From a virus (lineage: Duplodnaviria > Caudoviricetes), in IMG/VR virus record IMGVR_UViG_3300031993_000027, positions 32,001 to 96,000 of that record: DNA of 64,000 bases, one strand, 5' to 3'. This document shows, piece after piece, positions 39,277 through 47,578 of this stretch; positions within the stretch are counted from its first letter, which is position 1; each line of letters starts with the position of its first letter. The notes under the pieces were generated by a model. It was not told where the DNA came from. It saw only the letters and a list, made by a program, of their open reading frames with translations, and made no database searches. A program made the translations under genes and the position numbers.

Positions 39277-39592
39277 TCACAAGATAGTTCACATAATGGT
39301 CTCTTTCTTTTTCAAGTCTGACATAATGTTTATAAACCCAATCAGCACCTTCAAACCAACCCTTTGTTTCTTCTTCGGTCATACCATCAAAGCATTTCAC
39401 AATCTGACGACATTCTTCGTCAAAGAACCTAAAAGGACAACAGTAAGGTCTATACTCGTGTGTTTTACCGTCCTTGTCTTTTGTGTTAACTCTATTGTCA
39501 GCAACACAGGTCTCTTCTTTTGTTAGAAAGCGACAAGTCTTACAACTGTGTGCAACATCTTTATCTTTCGACAGAAAAATCAGATAACTCAT
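39242..39592 (-). CDS. Hypothetical protein
   Basis: C..C...RP.CCP motif. Confidence 0.55.
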   Translation of the reverse strand: MSYLIFLSKDKDVAHSCKTCRFLTKEETCVADNRVNTKDKDGKTHEYRPYCCPFRFFDEECRQIVKCFDGMTEEETKGWFEGADWVYKHYVRLEKERDHYVNYLVNDDGEDKNEKT

Positions 39593-39638
39593 TCCTAACT
39601 ACCTCGTCCCTGTTTCTGATTGCCATTTTAATCACCTC

Positions 39639-39902
39639 TTATTCTATCTTATGGTCTCCACATAAGGAACAATGGTAAGAGTGCTCATTGTGTCCTTCTG
39701 CGTACTGACCATCGTCTATCCAGTTGTGCTCACATAATTCAGGACATATCTTGCCCTGAACTTCTAAACATCTTTTGCCGTACTTTTTACAGTATCCATA
39801 AGCGTGTGTCACTCCAATCCTGTGAAAGTTAGCAGGTACATATGAAGTAACCCACGTCCTTCTCTGATAATAGTTACACTTCTCGCAAGCAGACACCTTC
39901 AT
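39639..39902 (-). CDS. Cys-rich hypothetical protein
   Basis: RBS. Confidence 0.55.
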   Translation of the reverse strand: MKVSACEKCNYYQRRTWVTSYVPANFHRIGVTHAYGYCKKYGKRCLEVQGKICPELCEHNWIDDGQYAEGHNEHSYHCSLCGDHKIE

Positions 39903-39903
39903 C

Positions 39904-40179
39904 TTACTTTACCTCCAAATCAGGGTCATAGACCAGTGTACAGCCGAACAAATGAACACAGTATTTCTTTCCGTCCATGCTGATAACGAGCCTGTTGTAT
40001 TCCTTATCTATCGACCAAGAATCAATCTTACCTTCAACACACTCTCCATTCTGTAATCTTATATAGGCATAGTCTACTATATATCCTTCTCTTTCAAGCA
40101 ATTCGAACAATTCGACTGCATCATCCCCGAAGAAATGGGTTACTTTAATTTCCGCTACTTTCCTGAACATTATTGTCAA
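39904..40179 (-). CDS. Hypothetical protein
   Basis: Coupled ORF. Confidence 0.55.
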   Translation of the reverse strand: MTIMFRKVAEIKVTHFFGDDAVELFELLEREGYIVDYAYIRLQNGECVEGKIDSWSIDKEYNRLVISMDGKKYCVHLFGCTLVYDPDLEVK

Positions 40180-40445
40180 CCTTCCTTCGGTTTCATCCCG
40201 AAAACTACATATTCTTCATTCACTCCCCATCCGCTTAAAACGTAGGTGATTTTGAATGTCATATGTTCAAGCATATCGTAAATAGGTAGCCTATCATATA
40301 CAGGCAAACCGTGTCTGTTCACAACGTTAAATCTCACGGTGTCGCCTTTTTGGAATCCCCTGTCGTTTTGTCTTACTTCAAAATTTTTATCCCCCGATAC
40401 GATAGGTTCTACAAATTGAGATTGAATTTTAAGAACGTGTTCCAT
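40176..40445 (-). CDS. ASCH/DUF3850-like protein
   Basis: HVLKI...GDKNFEVRQNDRGFQKGD...ITYV. Confidence 0.8.
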   Translation of the reverse strand: MEHVLKIQSQFVEPIVSGDKNFEVRQNDRGFQKGDTVRFNVVNRHGLPVYDRLPIYDMLEHMTFKITYVLSGWGVNEEYVVFGMKPKEG

Positions 40446-40653
40446 TGTTTTCCTCCTTCATCTTCTTACCGCAGAACGAACAAAAATTGCCATCTTCTTT
40501 GGTTATCCACTCACCCTCTTGCCTTGCCTCAACTGTCGGGGCATTGTCGATTTCTGTTAATGGTGCATCATAAGTGTCTATTCCTGCCATAATGCCCATA
40601 CAGATAAATTCCATATTTTTTCTCAATAAATCTGCATCAATCGGTCTTGTCAT
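40429..40653 (-). CDS. Hypothetical protein (RPIDAD...IDNAPTVE module)
   Basis: Modular motif. Confidence 0.65.
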   Translation of the reverse strand: MTRPIDADLLRKNMEFICMGIMAGIDTYDAPLTEIDNAPTVEARQEGEWITKEDGNFCSFCGKKMKEENNGTRS

Positions 40654-41038
40654 TGTCTGCCTCCCTTAGTTCTTTCAGTATCTTGACTATTTCTGAATTT
40701 TTCTTCCCTGTTGTCTGTATATCCTGAAGTTTGGCGTCCCCCATATGATAGCCATACCATACTAAAACCAAAATCAAAGGGTCATCAAGATTTCCGATTT
40801 GATAAGGTTCACGAACTATGATTCCTTTGCATCCGTCAACAATTACCTCGTCACCAACCGCAACATTTGGCAACTCTCTTTCTTCGAATCTTGAGCAATA
40901 GTCACTATCGGGTTCTATCTGTGAATAATCAGAAATTCCGAATCTGTTATCACAAACGTATTTTATGTAAGGCTTTTCTCCTTCTTTTTCATAATGATTC
41001 TCTTTACAATATTTACAGTATTTGCATTTTTTAGTCAT
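40637..41038 (-). CDS. Hypothetical protein
   Basis: Junction repeat at both ends. Confidence 0.6.
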   Translation of the reverse strand: MTKKCKYCKYCKENHYEKEGEKPYIKYVCDNRFGISDYSQIEPDSDYCSRFEERELPNVAVGDEVIVDGCKGIIVREPYQIGNLDDPLILVLVWYGYHMGDAKLQDIQTTGKKNSEIVKILKELREADNDKTD

Positions 41039-41499
41039 TGTCTGCCTCCCATTGCCTTGCGTATTTTTTCTTTTATCTCACAATCTGAACAACCTGTTTT
41101 GTTATATGAACATTCACCAAACATTGTTAATACACAGTTTACCGCATTTTCAGGTACTTCAACTGTTGGAGCATTGTCGATGATACCTAAAACTTCATCT
41201 TTCATTATCCAAGTGTTTACACCATCATAAGAATAAGCACATTCTTTAAGCACTTCTTTCAAAGCACTACGGCTAATCAAATCAGTATCTCTACCATAGA
41301 TTCTCCACCCTTCTTCCTGAAGTTTCTTGACAAATTCTGCCTGTTGTTCTTTTACAAGTTTCATCATAGAATCTCCGAAAGTAAACCTCGCTGATAACTT
41401 CTTCAAATCAGAAGTTATTTTAGATAGCAGTCTTGTAACTTCTTTATTGTATGCTTCATCTGCTAATTCATATCCTTTTATCTCTTGTTTATTTTTCAT
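41035..41499 (-). CDS. Hypothetical mosaic protein
   Basis: Contains the 92-bp duplicated block. Confidence 0.6.
   Translation of the reverse strand: MKNKQEIKGYELADEAYNKEVTRLLSKITSDLKKLSARFTFGDSMMKLVKEQQAEFVKKLQEEGWRIYGRDTDLISRSALKEVLKECAYSYDGVNTWIMKDEVLGIIDNAPTVEVPENAVNCVLTMFGECSYNKTGCSDCEIKEKIRKAMGGRQ
41183..41274. repeat. 92-bp exact direct repeat, copy 2
   Basis: Identical to 27995-28086. Confidence 0.9.
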
Positions 41500-41953
41500 C
41501 TTGATTTCTCCCTATAACAAACTCATACAACGGAAGTCCGTGAAATTGCTTTGAAGAAAGTTTAATCTTCCCCTCTTTAAGAAGTCTATTAAAGGTTGAC
41601 TTTGCCACCACAGGAATCATTTCAGCCCAACCTTCACGATAGGTTTGAGTTACCAACTGATAGATTGCCCCATTGTCAAGTATTTTGTCTTTTTCAGTAA
41701 CTTCAAATTCTCTTCTGCCACACTTAATCTTCATTTTGCTCACCTCCATTTTATTTAATCTCGCTCCACAGTAGTCAGGCACACCCTCACTAACAGGTGT
41801 CCACTTTTGCTCCTGCTCTGTCTTATCCTCTTCGTAAGGTACAGAACTTTGGATTAGATTAAGTGCCACCCTGCTTGCTACACTTCCGTTTTGCACTTTG
41901 TTATTAAGTATTGCTTCATAAAGTGCGTCAGAAATATCAATAATTCGTTTCAT
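41489..41953 (-). CDS. Hypothetical protein (apparent fusion of two small genes)
   Basis: Internal GGAGG + ATG (MKIKCG). Confidence 0.55.
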   Translation of the reverse strand: MKRIIDISDALYEAILNNKVQNGSVASRVALNLIQSSVPYEEDKTEQEQKWTPVSEGVPDYCGARLNKMEVSKMKIKCGRREFEVTEKDKILDNGAIYQLVTQTYREGWAEMIPVVAKSTFNRLLKEGKIKLSSKQFHGLPLYEFVIGRNQDEK

Positions 41954-41988
41954 CGTCTTTTACCTCATGTACATCTTAGTGTACCCTA

Positions 41989-42017
41989 AGTATAAATGAT
42001 AGGGTAGCATATGTCAA
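41989..42017 (-). promoter_or_regulatory. Class A promoter TTGACA-17-TATACT with TACCCTA/TAGGGTA boxes
   Basis: Near-identical to the 32521 promoter region. Confidence 0.8.
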
Positions 42018-42322
42018 CACATATTTTCATCATCAAGTAGAGACATGGTTTTTATGTATGTTTTATATCCTTTGTACGGACTGTTCTTTGCGAATATCCT
42101 GCCGTTCCATTTCTCTTCGGCAATTTCTCTCTGCTTGCGAGCCACCTCTATATTAGCGCAAACAGCGTCAAGATGGTCTGACCCATTAAAGGTGTGAGTT
42201 ATAACCGCAAACGCAACTTTAGGTGATTCTTCATCCATCAACAAATTGCGTCTCATACTGAATCCTCGCTTGTTAACTTTAGATGTATATCGTTCATTTC
42301 TTCTGAAAAGCGAATCAAGCAT
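42014..42322 (-). CDS. Hypothetical protein (probable start MRRNLL)
   Basis: Coupled ORF. Confidence 0.5.
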   Translation of the reverse strand: MLDSLFRRNERYTSKVNKRGFSMRRNLLMDEESPKVAFAVITHTFNGSDHLDAVCANIEVARKQREIAEEKWNGRIFAKNSPYKGYKTYIKTMSLLDDENMC

Positions 42323-42465
42323 TCCTTACACATTACTAAGTGATGGCTAAACGCCACATTATCAATAGGTATCTTGATATCGTACATTTTGGCTAAAGAA
42401 TGGCAATACATACAGGTTGAAGTAGAGAAGGGCATCTTCTTTACTTCTATTTTTCCGTATTTCAT
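42253..42465 (-). CDS. Zn-binding hypothetical protein
   Basis: CMYC...CKEC; strong RBS. Confidence 0.6.
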   Translation of the reverse strand: MKYGKIEVKKMPFSTSTCMYCHSLAKMYDIKIPIDNVAFSHHLVMCKECLIRFSEEMNDIHLKLTSEDSV

Positions 42466-42496
42466 TAGTATTCCTCCTTAAATGGTCTTCACCCTT

Positions 42497-42521
42497 CTTA
42501 ACGAATTTTTTCGATTGAAAC
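42497..42521 (-). promoter_or_regulatory. Class B promoter-like motif GTTTCAA-N10-TCGTTAAG
   Basis: Directly after a terminator, before an RBS. Confidence 0.6.
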
Positions 42522-42523
42522 TA

Positions 42524-42555
42524 CAAAGGACAGAGAAATTAATCTCTGTCCCTTG
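42524..42555 (-). terminator. Intrinsic terminator
   Basis: CAA.GGACAGAGA/TCTCTGTCC.TTG stem. Confidence 0.65.
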
Positions 42556-42601
42556 CGAGGAATATATGGATACCCTGTGGGGAGGGTAGGCTTGATATTA
42601 G

Positions 42602-43534
42602 TTATTCCCATTGTCCATAAGCATCTGCCATGATGTAGGATTCTAACCAGTCTGATTCTCCATCACTAGATTTACCTGCACTTACATTGATTTGATACAG
42701 GGTCTTTTTTACAATATCATACCAGTCAAAAGTTATCGTAAAGTTTCTTTCATTCTCTTCTTCAGAAAGTACACAAGTGCTGATAGATACTCTTTTTGTT
42801 ACTGTTTGTGAAGGGTTTGTTTCATCATAAGTCAAATTAAAATAGACCGCTTGGTAATTGCTTATTGCTTCCCAAATCTCTTCAAAGTCTTTATTTATCG
42901 TCAATTCTTCATACGTGGTCAGTGCGTCTATTGTAGCCGAAATAACAAGAGGCGCATTGATACCAAGGTCTTCGTTGGTCAAGTTTCCTTCCAGTTTTAC
43001 ACCGTTGATTTGCGGTTTGCCCTGAAGGTCGTTGTAGTTCATAGGCGCAAGGTTTGTTACTGTATCAAACTCTGCATCTATCACTAGAGGTTCTTCTATC
43101 GGTTCTGTCACATTCAGGTTAGCACCGTACATAATACCTTCTCTAATCGACTGAAGGATTGTAATAGAAACCTTTTTGGAAATGGTTCTTACACCGTTGT
43201 CAAGCAGGACGCTAAGTTCCATATCTGTTGTAAGGTTATTCTGATACCCAACAGACTTGACCGTAGGAATAAGTCTAAGGGTCTCCTGCTGTGTAAGAAG
43301 TACCCATACCCTGTTATTCTCCACGTCTACATTGATAGTATCTGTTTCTCTCTTGATGATAGGTTCTGATGTAGCACCGCATTGAGAGATTGAGAACCAA
43401 AGATTTCTTGCTTGGCTTATATCTACCTGTTCTTTTGGAACGTTAACGATAATAGTCGGGGTCGTTCCACGTTTTATCTGCAAAACCTTGTCTCCCATAT
43501 TTTTCTCCTTCCTGTCAGATAAGTAATTCGTCAT
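42602..43534 (-). CDS. BppU-like/fibre-associated structural protein (probable start MGDKVL)
   Basis: RGTTPT...LTQQETL and YNDLQGKPQINGVKLEGN motifs. Confidence 0.5.
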   Translation of the reverse strand: MTNYLSDRKEKNMGDKVLQIKRGTTPTIIVNVPKEQVDISQARNLWFSISQCGATSEPIIKRETDTINVDVENNRVWVLLTQQETLRLIPTVKSVGYQNNLTTDMELSVLLDNGVRTISKKVSITILQSIREGIMYGANLNVTEPIEEPLVIDAEFDTVTNLAPMNYNDLQGKPQINGVKLEGNLTNEDLGINAPLVISATIDALTTYEELTINKDFEEIWEAISNYQAVYFNLTYDETNPSQTVTKRVSISTCVLSEEENERNFTITFDWYDIVKKTLYQINVSAGKSSDGESDWLESYIMADAYGQWE

Positions 43535-44357
43535 CTAAGTCTATGTCACCTAAGAGCATATCTATGTTGTCTATATTTGACGTTACTCTATCGTAAAGGT
43601 CTTCCTCGTCTTCTTCATCATTGATACCGCTAAAGTAATCAGACAAAGTTCCTTCAAACACTACCTGATAATCGTCAGGCACAGGCAGTCCTTGTATATT
43701 GGTCACATACACCTTTATTGTATCAGATTCCACGTCTTCTTCGATATCGGTTATAACATCATATCCTTCTTTTTTACAACCCTCTTTAAACGCATCTAAG
43801 ATAGCCCCTAGGCAAGAATCCGTAAGTTCATAGTTATGTTCTTTTGCTACATCCCAAATAATATCCTCTACGTCACAATCAGAATTAAACTGTTCCATCC
43901 AGTATTTAAGGTCTTTTATGTTACTGATAGCATTGTATCTATCTTCCTTTTCTTGGTCGTATGCTCTGACTATAAGGACAGGAAACTTCTTGTCCCAACC
44001 GTACAGATTGCCCACAACTAACATACGGTGTAGTCCTTCTTGTCCTTTGTCAGCAAAATTGATAAAAGGAAGGTTGAGTTGTCTTCCGCTTTGTAGTTCG
44101 TTAGTCATCCATTCTATCGTATCAGTATCACGTTCTCTCTGTCTCTTCAAGTCTTCTACGCTTGATTTAGGATGAATATATTTCGAATCAAGTTCAAAGT
44201 ATTCTTTTGGAGACATATAAACGATTTCCCCTGTCCTGTTCTTGGCTTTCTGCTTGTAAGCCAATTCTTCAGGGTCGAGGAAATCATCGTAATAGGACAT
44301 ACCTACTTTGTCTGTCCTAAAAGGTTGTTTAGTTAGTTCTTCATAAACACGTAACAT
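43515..44357 (-). CDS. ParB/Srx-like domain protein with leader MLRVYE
   Basis: MSPKEY...P.I......QEGLHR...PVLI. Confidence 0.55.
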   Translation of the reverse strand: MLRVYEELTKQPFRTDKVGMSYYDDFLDPEELAYKQKAKNRTGEIVYMSPKEYFELDSKYIHPKSSVEDLKRQRERDTDTIEWMTNELQSGRQLNLPFINFADKGQEGLHRMLVVGNLYGWDKKFPVLIVRAYDQEKEDRYNAISNIKDLKYWMEQFNSDCDVEDIIWDVAKEHNYELTDSCLGAILDAFKEGCKKEGYDVITDIEEDVESDTIKVYVTNIQGLPVPDDYQVVFEGTLSDYFSGINDEEDEEDLYDRVTSNIDNIDMLLGDIDLDDELLI

Positions 44358-44364
44358 ATCAATC

Positions 44365-44622
44365 TCACAAGTTTAGTTTATTGACACTGTATTTAATTAC
44401 AGGCTTTCTTCGCCACTCGTCCATATCATTGTCCCACGCTTCTTGATTAAACCTGAAACTACATACATAACTGTACCCATCTTCAACAAGTTCTTCTACA
44501 CTGTCTGTATTGCAAACAGAATACTGATTATCCAATTTTATAACAGACACATCCTGTTGATTCATAGCGTGTTTCTTTGCATTGTTCACCGCACCTTGAT
44601 AAGTCATATTATCCACGTCCAA
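44365..44622 (-). CDS. Hypothetical protein
   Basis: Coupled ORF. Confidence 0.55.
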   Translation of the reverse strand: MDVDNMTYQGAVNNAKKHAMNQQDVSVIKLDNQYSVCNTDSVEELVEDGYSYVCSFRFNQEAWDNDMDEWRRKPVIKYSVNKLNL

Positions 44623-45472
44623 TAGCCTTAATCAAAGCAGGTGTGTATCCACCCTTGCCTCCATTAGCCTTGTAGTATGCCATACAGAGGTCTTCAATAT
44701 ATCTGTACCAATCAGCCATTTCATAATCCGACGTAATGCAAGAATATCCTGTATATTTGAACTCTCCATTCTTGACAATCCAATCAATATATATGTATTC
44801 TGCATCGAATATCTTAGACCTACTTGTTCTTATGTAAGCCTTACCGCCTACGTATTCAGCCATAGCCTTTGCTGTCTCTACATAGCCTACGTCCTTACGA
44901 ACGTCATACATACGAACTAACTCGTCATATACGTCTCTTACATCAGGAAGAAGAGGGTCGCCTGTAAAGTCACTCTCGGTCAACCTAGATTCATAAGCAA
45001 AACGATAGGACAATCCACCACGCTTTCCACGTCCGTAATAGTCCATTGTATCGAGGTCATAAGGCATCGGGTCTTTACCCTTTACCTGCTCGTAGGAAAC
45101 GTCCTCAATAGCATCCTCGTTATCTGCGTTCATAGGAAATGCCTTGTACTTAGGTCTGCCTCCACCAAGGCTGTTTTTCTGATAGCAATACCAACCTCCC
45201 TGACTTCCGACATAAGTATAACCATCCTGCTTTAACTTGTCGTGAAGGGGAGCGTTGTAGAACTCTGTAAGACAGGATTCGTCATAGATATCCATATCAT
45301 ATTCTTCATCCTGCCAAGCGAAGTTAATCCTGTCTTTCAGGTCATAATATGTCTCATAGTCATAATCAGACCACTCGTTCTCGTTAGGATGCTTCTTTAA
45401 AAAGTCCTGAAGTTGTCTTTCTAACGCTCTAGGGTCTTCATAATCCCTATACGTCTCAACTACTCTAATCAT
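44609..45472 (-). CDS. Acidic multidomain protein with leader MIRVVE and internal LTE sites
   Basis: DESCLTEF and YESRLTES linkers. Confidence 0.7.
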   Translation of the reverse strand: MIRVVETYRDYEDPRALERQLQDFLKKHPNENEWSDYDYETYYDLKDRINFAWQDEEYDMDIYDESCLTEFYNAPLHDKLKQDGYTYVGSQGGWYCYQKNSLGGGRPKYKAFPMNADNEDAIEDVSYEQVKGKDPMPYDLDTMDYYGRGKRGGLSYRFAYESRLTESDFTGDPLLPDVRDVYDELVRMYDVRKDVGYVETAKAMAEYVGGKAYIRTSRSKIFDAEYIYIDWIVKNGEFKYTGYSCITSDYEMADWYRYIEDLCMAYYKANGGKGGYTPALIKAIGRG

Positions 45473-45482
45473 ACTTAATTCT

Positions 45483-45634
45483 CCAATATAGAAAACTTAT
45501 AAGAAGAAAACTTCTATGTTTCTTTCCTACTTCAACGAGTGTGCTTTCTTAATTGTTACCAATCAATACTCACAAGTTCTCGCACTCTCCATAGGCGTTA
45601 ATTTCCGACTATTGTATCGGTATCTGTTTTGAAA
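45483..45634 (-). ncRNA. TnpB omega-RNA/right end (IS607-like)
   Basis: Structured non-coding tract after tnpB: ACCGATACAATAGTCGGAAATTAACGCCTATGGAGAGTG...CACTCGTTGAAGTAGG...AAGTTTTC. Confidence 0.6.
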
Positions 45635-46792
45635 TTATATCAGGGCATAATTTCTTAGATTTACACTTGCCTGATAATCTCTATCTATTATATTCCCACA
45701 AACATCACATCTATAAATCCTATTACTTAGTTTTAAGTTATGTTTTATGTTTCCACACTTACAACACTTCTTAGAACTAGGATAGAACCTGTCAGCAATA
45801 ACAAGTCTTATGTTGTTCCATTCACATTTGTATTCTAACTGTCTGTGAATCTCACGGAAACATTGTACCTGTATTGCCTTAGATAAGTGTTTGTTCTTCA
45901 TCATTCCTTTTACATTCAGGTCTTCTATAACAATGAAACTTGGTTCTCGTCTTATTATTTCAGAAGTCATTTGATGTATAAAATTATGACGAATATTAGA
46001 TACCTTATGATTTAGTCGAAGAAATTTAATCTGTTTCTTCTTAATATTCTTAGTTTTTCTATACTTACCTCCTTCTTTATTATTTTCATAACTACGAGAT
46101 ATACTTCTTTGTATTCTCTTTGTCTTTTTATCTAATTGTATCAGTTTCTTGGCTTTATTGATATTAGAATATACAATTTCATCAGAACAAATTGCTAAAT
46201 CTTTAATTCCTAAGTCAATTCCTATTCCTTCATTAGAAGGATTCTTTTCTTCTAATTCTTCCTCAACGCCAACTGTTACCCACCAATTTATACCATCAAA
46301 AGTGAATCTTGGATTATAGTATTTAACTCCTGTTGGTATTCTATTTCTTTCTGCTAGTCTAATCCAATTTATCTTTTGTTTATTGGATTTCTTACTTTGA
46401 GTGAACCCTTCAACTTTAATCTGCGTTTCTGTCACTTTGATTTTACAAGAATCTTGAAAGAAACTAGGCTTACTTTTTCTTTTACTTTTGAATCTTGGAT
46501 ACTCGGATTTTCCTTTGAAGAATTTAATATAAGAAGAACAAGCATCTTTTATCGCTTGTTTTGTTACTTCATTAGAAACCCTATAAAGCCATTCATTCTC
46601 TTTTTGTTTCTTGTATTGAGTGAACAGTTTCCTAAGTTCTCCGTCTTGAACAAAGGTTTTGTTTTCTTGATAAGACTTATTTTCTTGTTCTATAACCCAA
46701 TTATAAGCATAACGAGAAACATTTGCATAGGCAAACATCTTTGTCATTTGCTTATTATTAGGTAAGAGCATTACTTTATAAGTCTTTATCAA
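45635..46792 (-). CDS. tnpB: TnpB RNA-guided endonuclease (IS200/IS605/IS607 family), no transposase nearby
   Basis: N-terminal HTH, GIDLG (D), IEDL (E), CCKC..CDVC Zn finger, DRDYQASVN (D); visibly more AT-rich than its neighbours. Confidence 0.95.
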   Translation of the reverse strand: MIKTYKVMLLPNNKQMTKMFAYANVSRYAYNWVIEQENKSYQENKTFVQDGELRKLFTQYKKQKENEWLYRVSNEVTKQAIKDACSSYIKFFKGKSEYPRFKSKRKSKPSFFQDSCKIKVTETQIKVEGFTQSKKSNKQKINWIRLAERNRIPTGVKYYNPRFTFDGINWWVTVGVEEELEEKNPSNEGIGIDLGIKDLAICSDEIVYSNINKAKKLIQLDKKTKRIQRSISRSYENNKEGGKYRKTKNIKKKQIKFLRLNHKVSNIRHNFIHQMTSEIIRREPSFIVIEDLNVKGMMKNKHLSKAIQVQCFREIHRQLEYKCEWNNIRLVIADRFYPSSKKCCKCGNIKHNLKLSNRIYRCDVCGNIIDRDYQASVNLRNYALI

Positions 46793-47259
46793 GTTTCTGT
46801 ACCTCCATCATAATCTTCAAGGGTAATCTTTTTTCCTGTGACAGCAAACTTCCTTGTATCGTACAATTCTCTCTTCAATTCAGGTCTTTGCTGAAGAACG
46901 GATTCTTTTATCATTTCGTACTCTTCGTCATCCATATTATCAAGCAAAGAAGTAACCGTTGAATTTCTCTCGCTCTCCATCCAATCCTTAATGACCGCAC
47001 AAATAATCTCTTTGTTGTCATTGATAATCTCGTACAGGTCTTCTCTCTTGGCGAACGCTTCATCAGGTTCGATAGTATGACCTTCAGGACAGAGTTCGGT
47101 CAACTCGTTCTCGTATACATCAAGGTTGTTTGCGAACAGGTTGATAATCTCTTCGAAAGCAAGGTCAAAACCTTGAACGAAAGAATCGTCTCCCTCGTTC
47201 AAGAACTTCTCATTGTAATCACTGTCATTTCTTACATCAGGAAATAAGGACATATGCAC
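46789..47259 (-). CDS. Acidic hypothetical protein
   Basis: RBS; its stop codon overlaps the tnpB start. Confidence 0.65.
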   Translation of the reverse strand: MHMSLFPDVRNDSDYNEKFLNEGDDSFVQGFDLAFEEIINLFANNLDVYENELTELCPEGHTIEPDEAFAKREDLYEIINDNKEIICAVIKDWMESERNSTVTSLLDNMDDEEYEMIKESVLQQRPELKRELYDTRKFAVTGKKITLEDYDGGTET

Positions 47260-47260
47260 C

Positions 47261-47578
47261 TCACAACATTGTAAATAGTTTAGAATTACGGTTTGTTATA
47301 GCGTACAGGTCTCCTGTATTTTTATCTCTAAAGAGAATTGCATTGTAGCCATAACCGTTTCTACTTTTGCCTAAAACCTCTTTCTTGATAGACTGAAGAA
47401 ACTTTTTAAATTCCTCGTAGGAATAGTTAGATACATCTTCTGCCATACCGTTTTCTACGTACCAAAGTATGTCCTCTTTAGTACAGGATGTACCTCTTGT
47501 ATTGAGAAGGTCTTTGTATTGATGATTCGACTTAGACCTTCCCCACGTTCTTGCCTCTACCTTGATTTCTCTTATCAT
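47261..47578 (-). CDS. Hypothetical protein with leader MIREIKVE
   Basis: YGYNAIL...G.LYAIT.R motif. Confidence 0.65.
   Translation of the reverse strand: MIREIKVEARTWGRSKSNHQYKDLLNTRGTSCTKEDILWYVENGMAEDVSNYSYEEFKKFLQSIKKEVLGKSRNGYGYNAILFRDKNTGDLYAITNRNSKLFTML

Noticed and set aside
27995-41274. 92-bp repeat as a DGR template/variable pair or att sites
   Set aside because: The copies are identical with no adenine-specific mismatches, and no reverse transcriptase or integrase is in the window
45635-46792. TnpB as Cas12 or as nuclease-dead TldR
   Set aside because: No CRISPR array, typical TnpB size, and the D-E-D triad is intact
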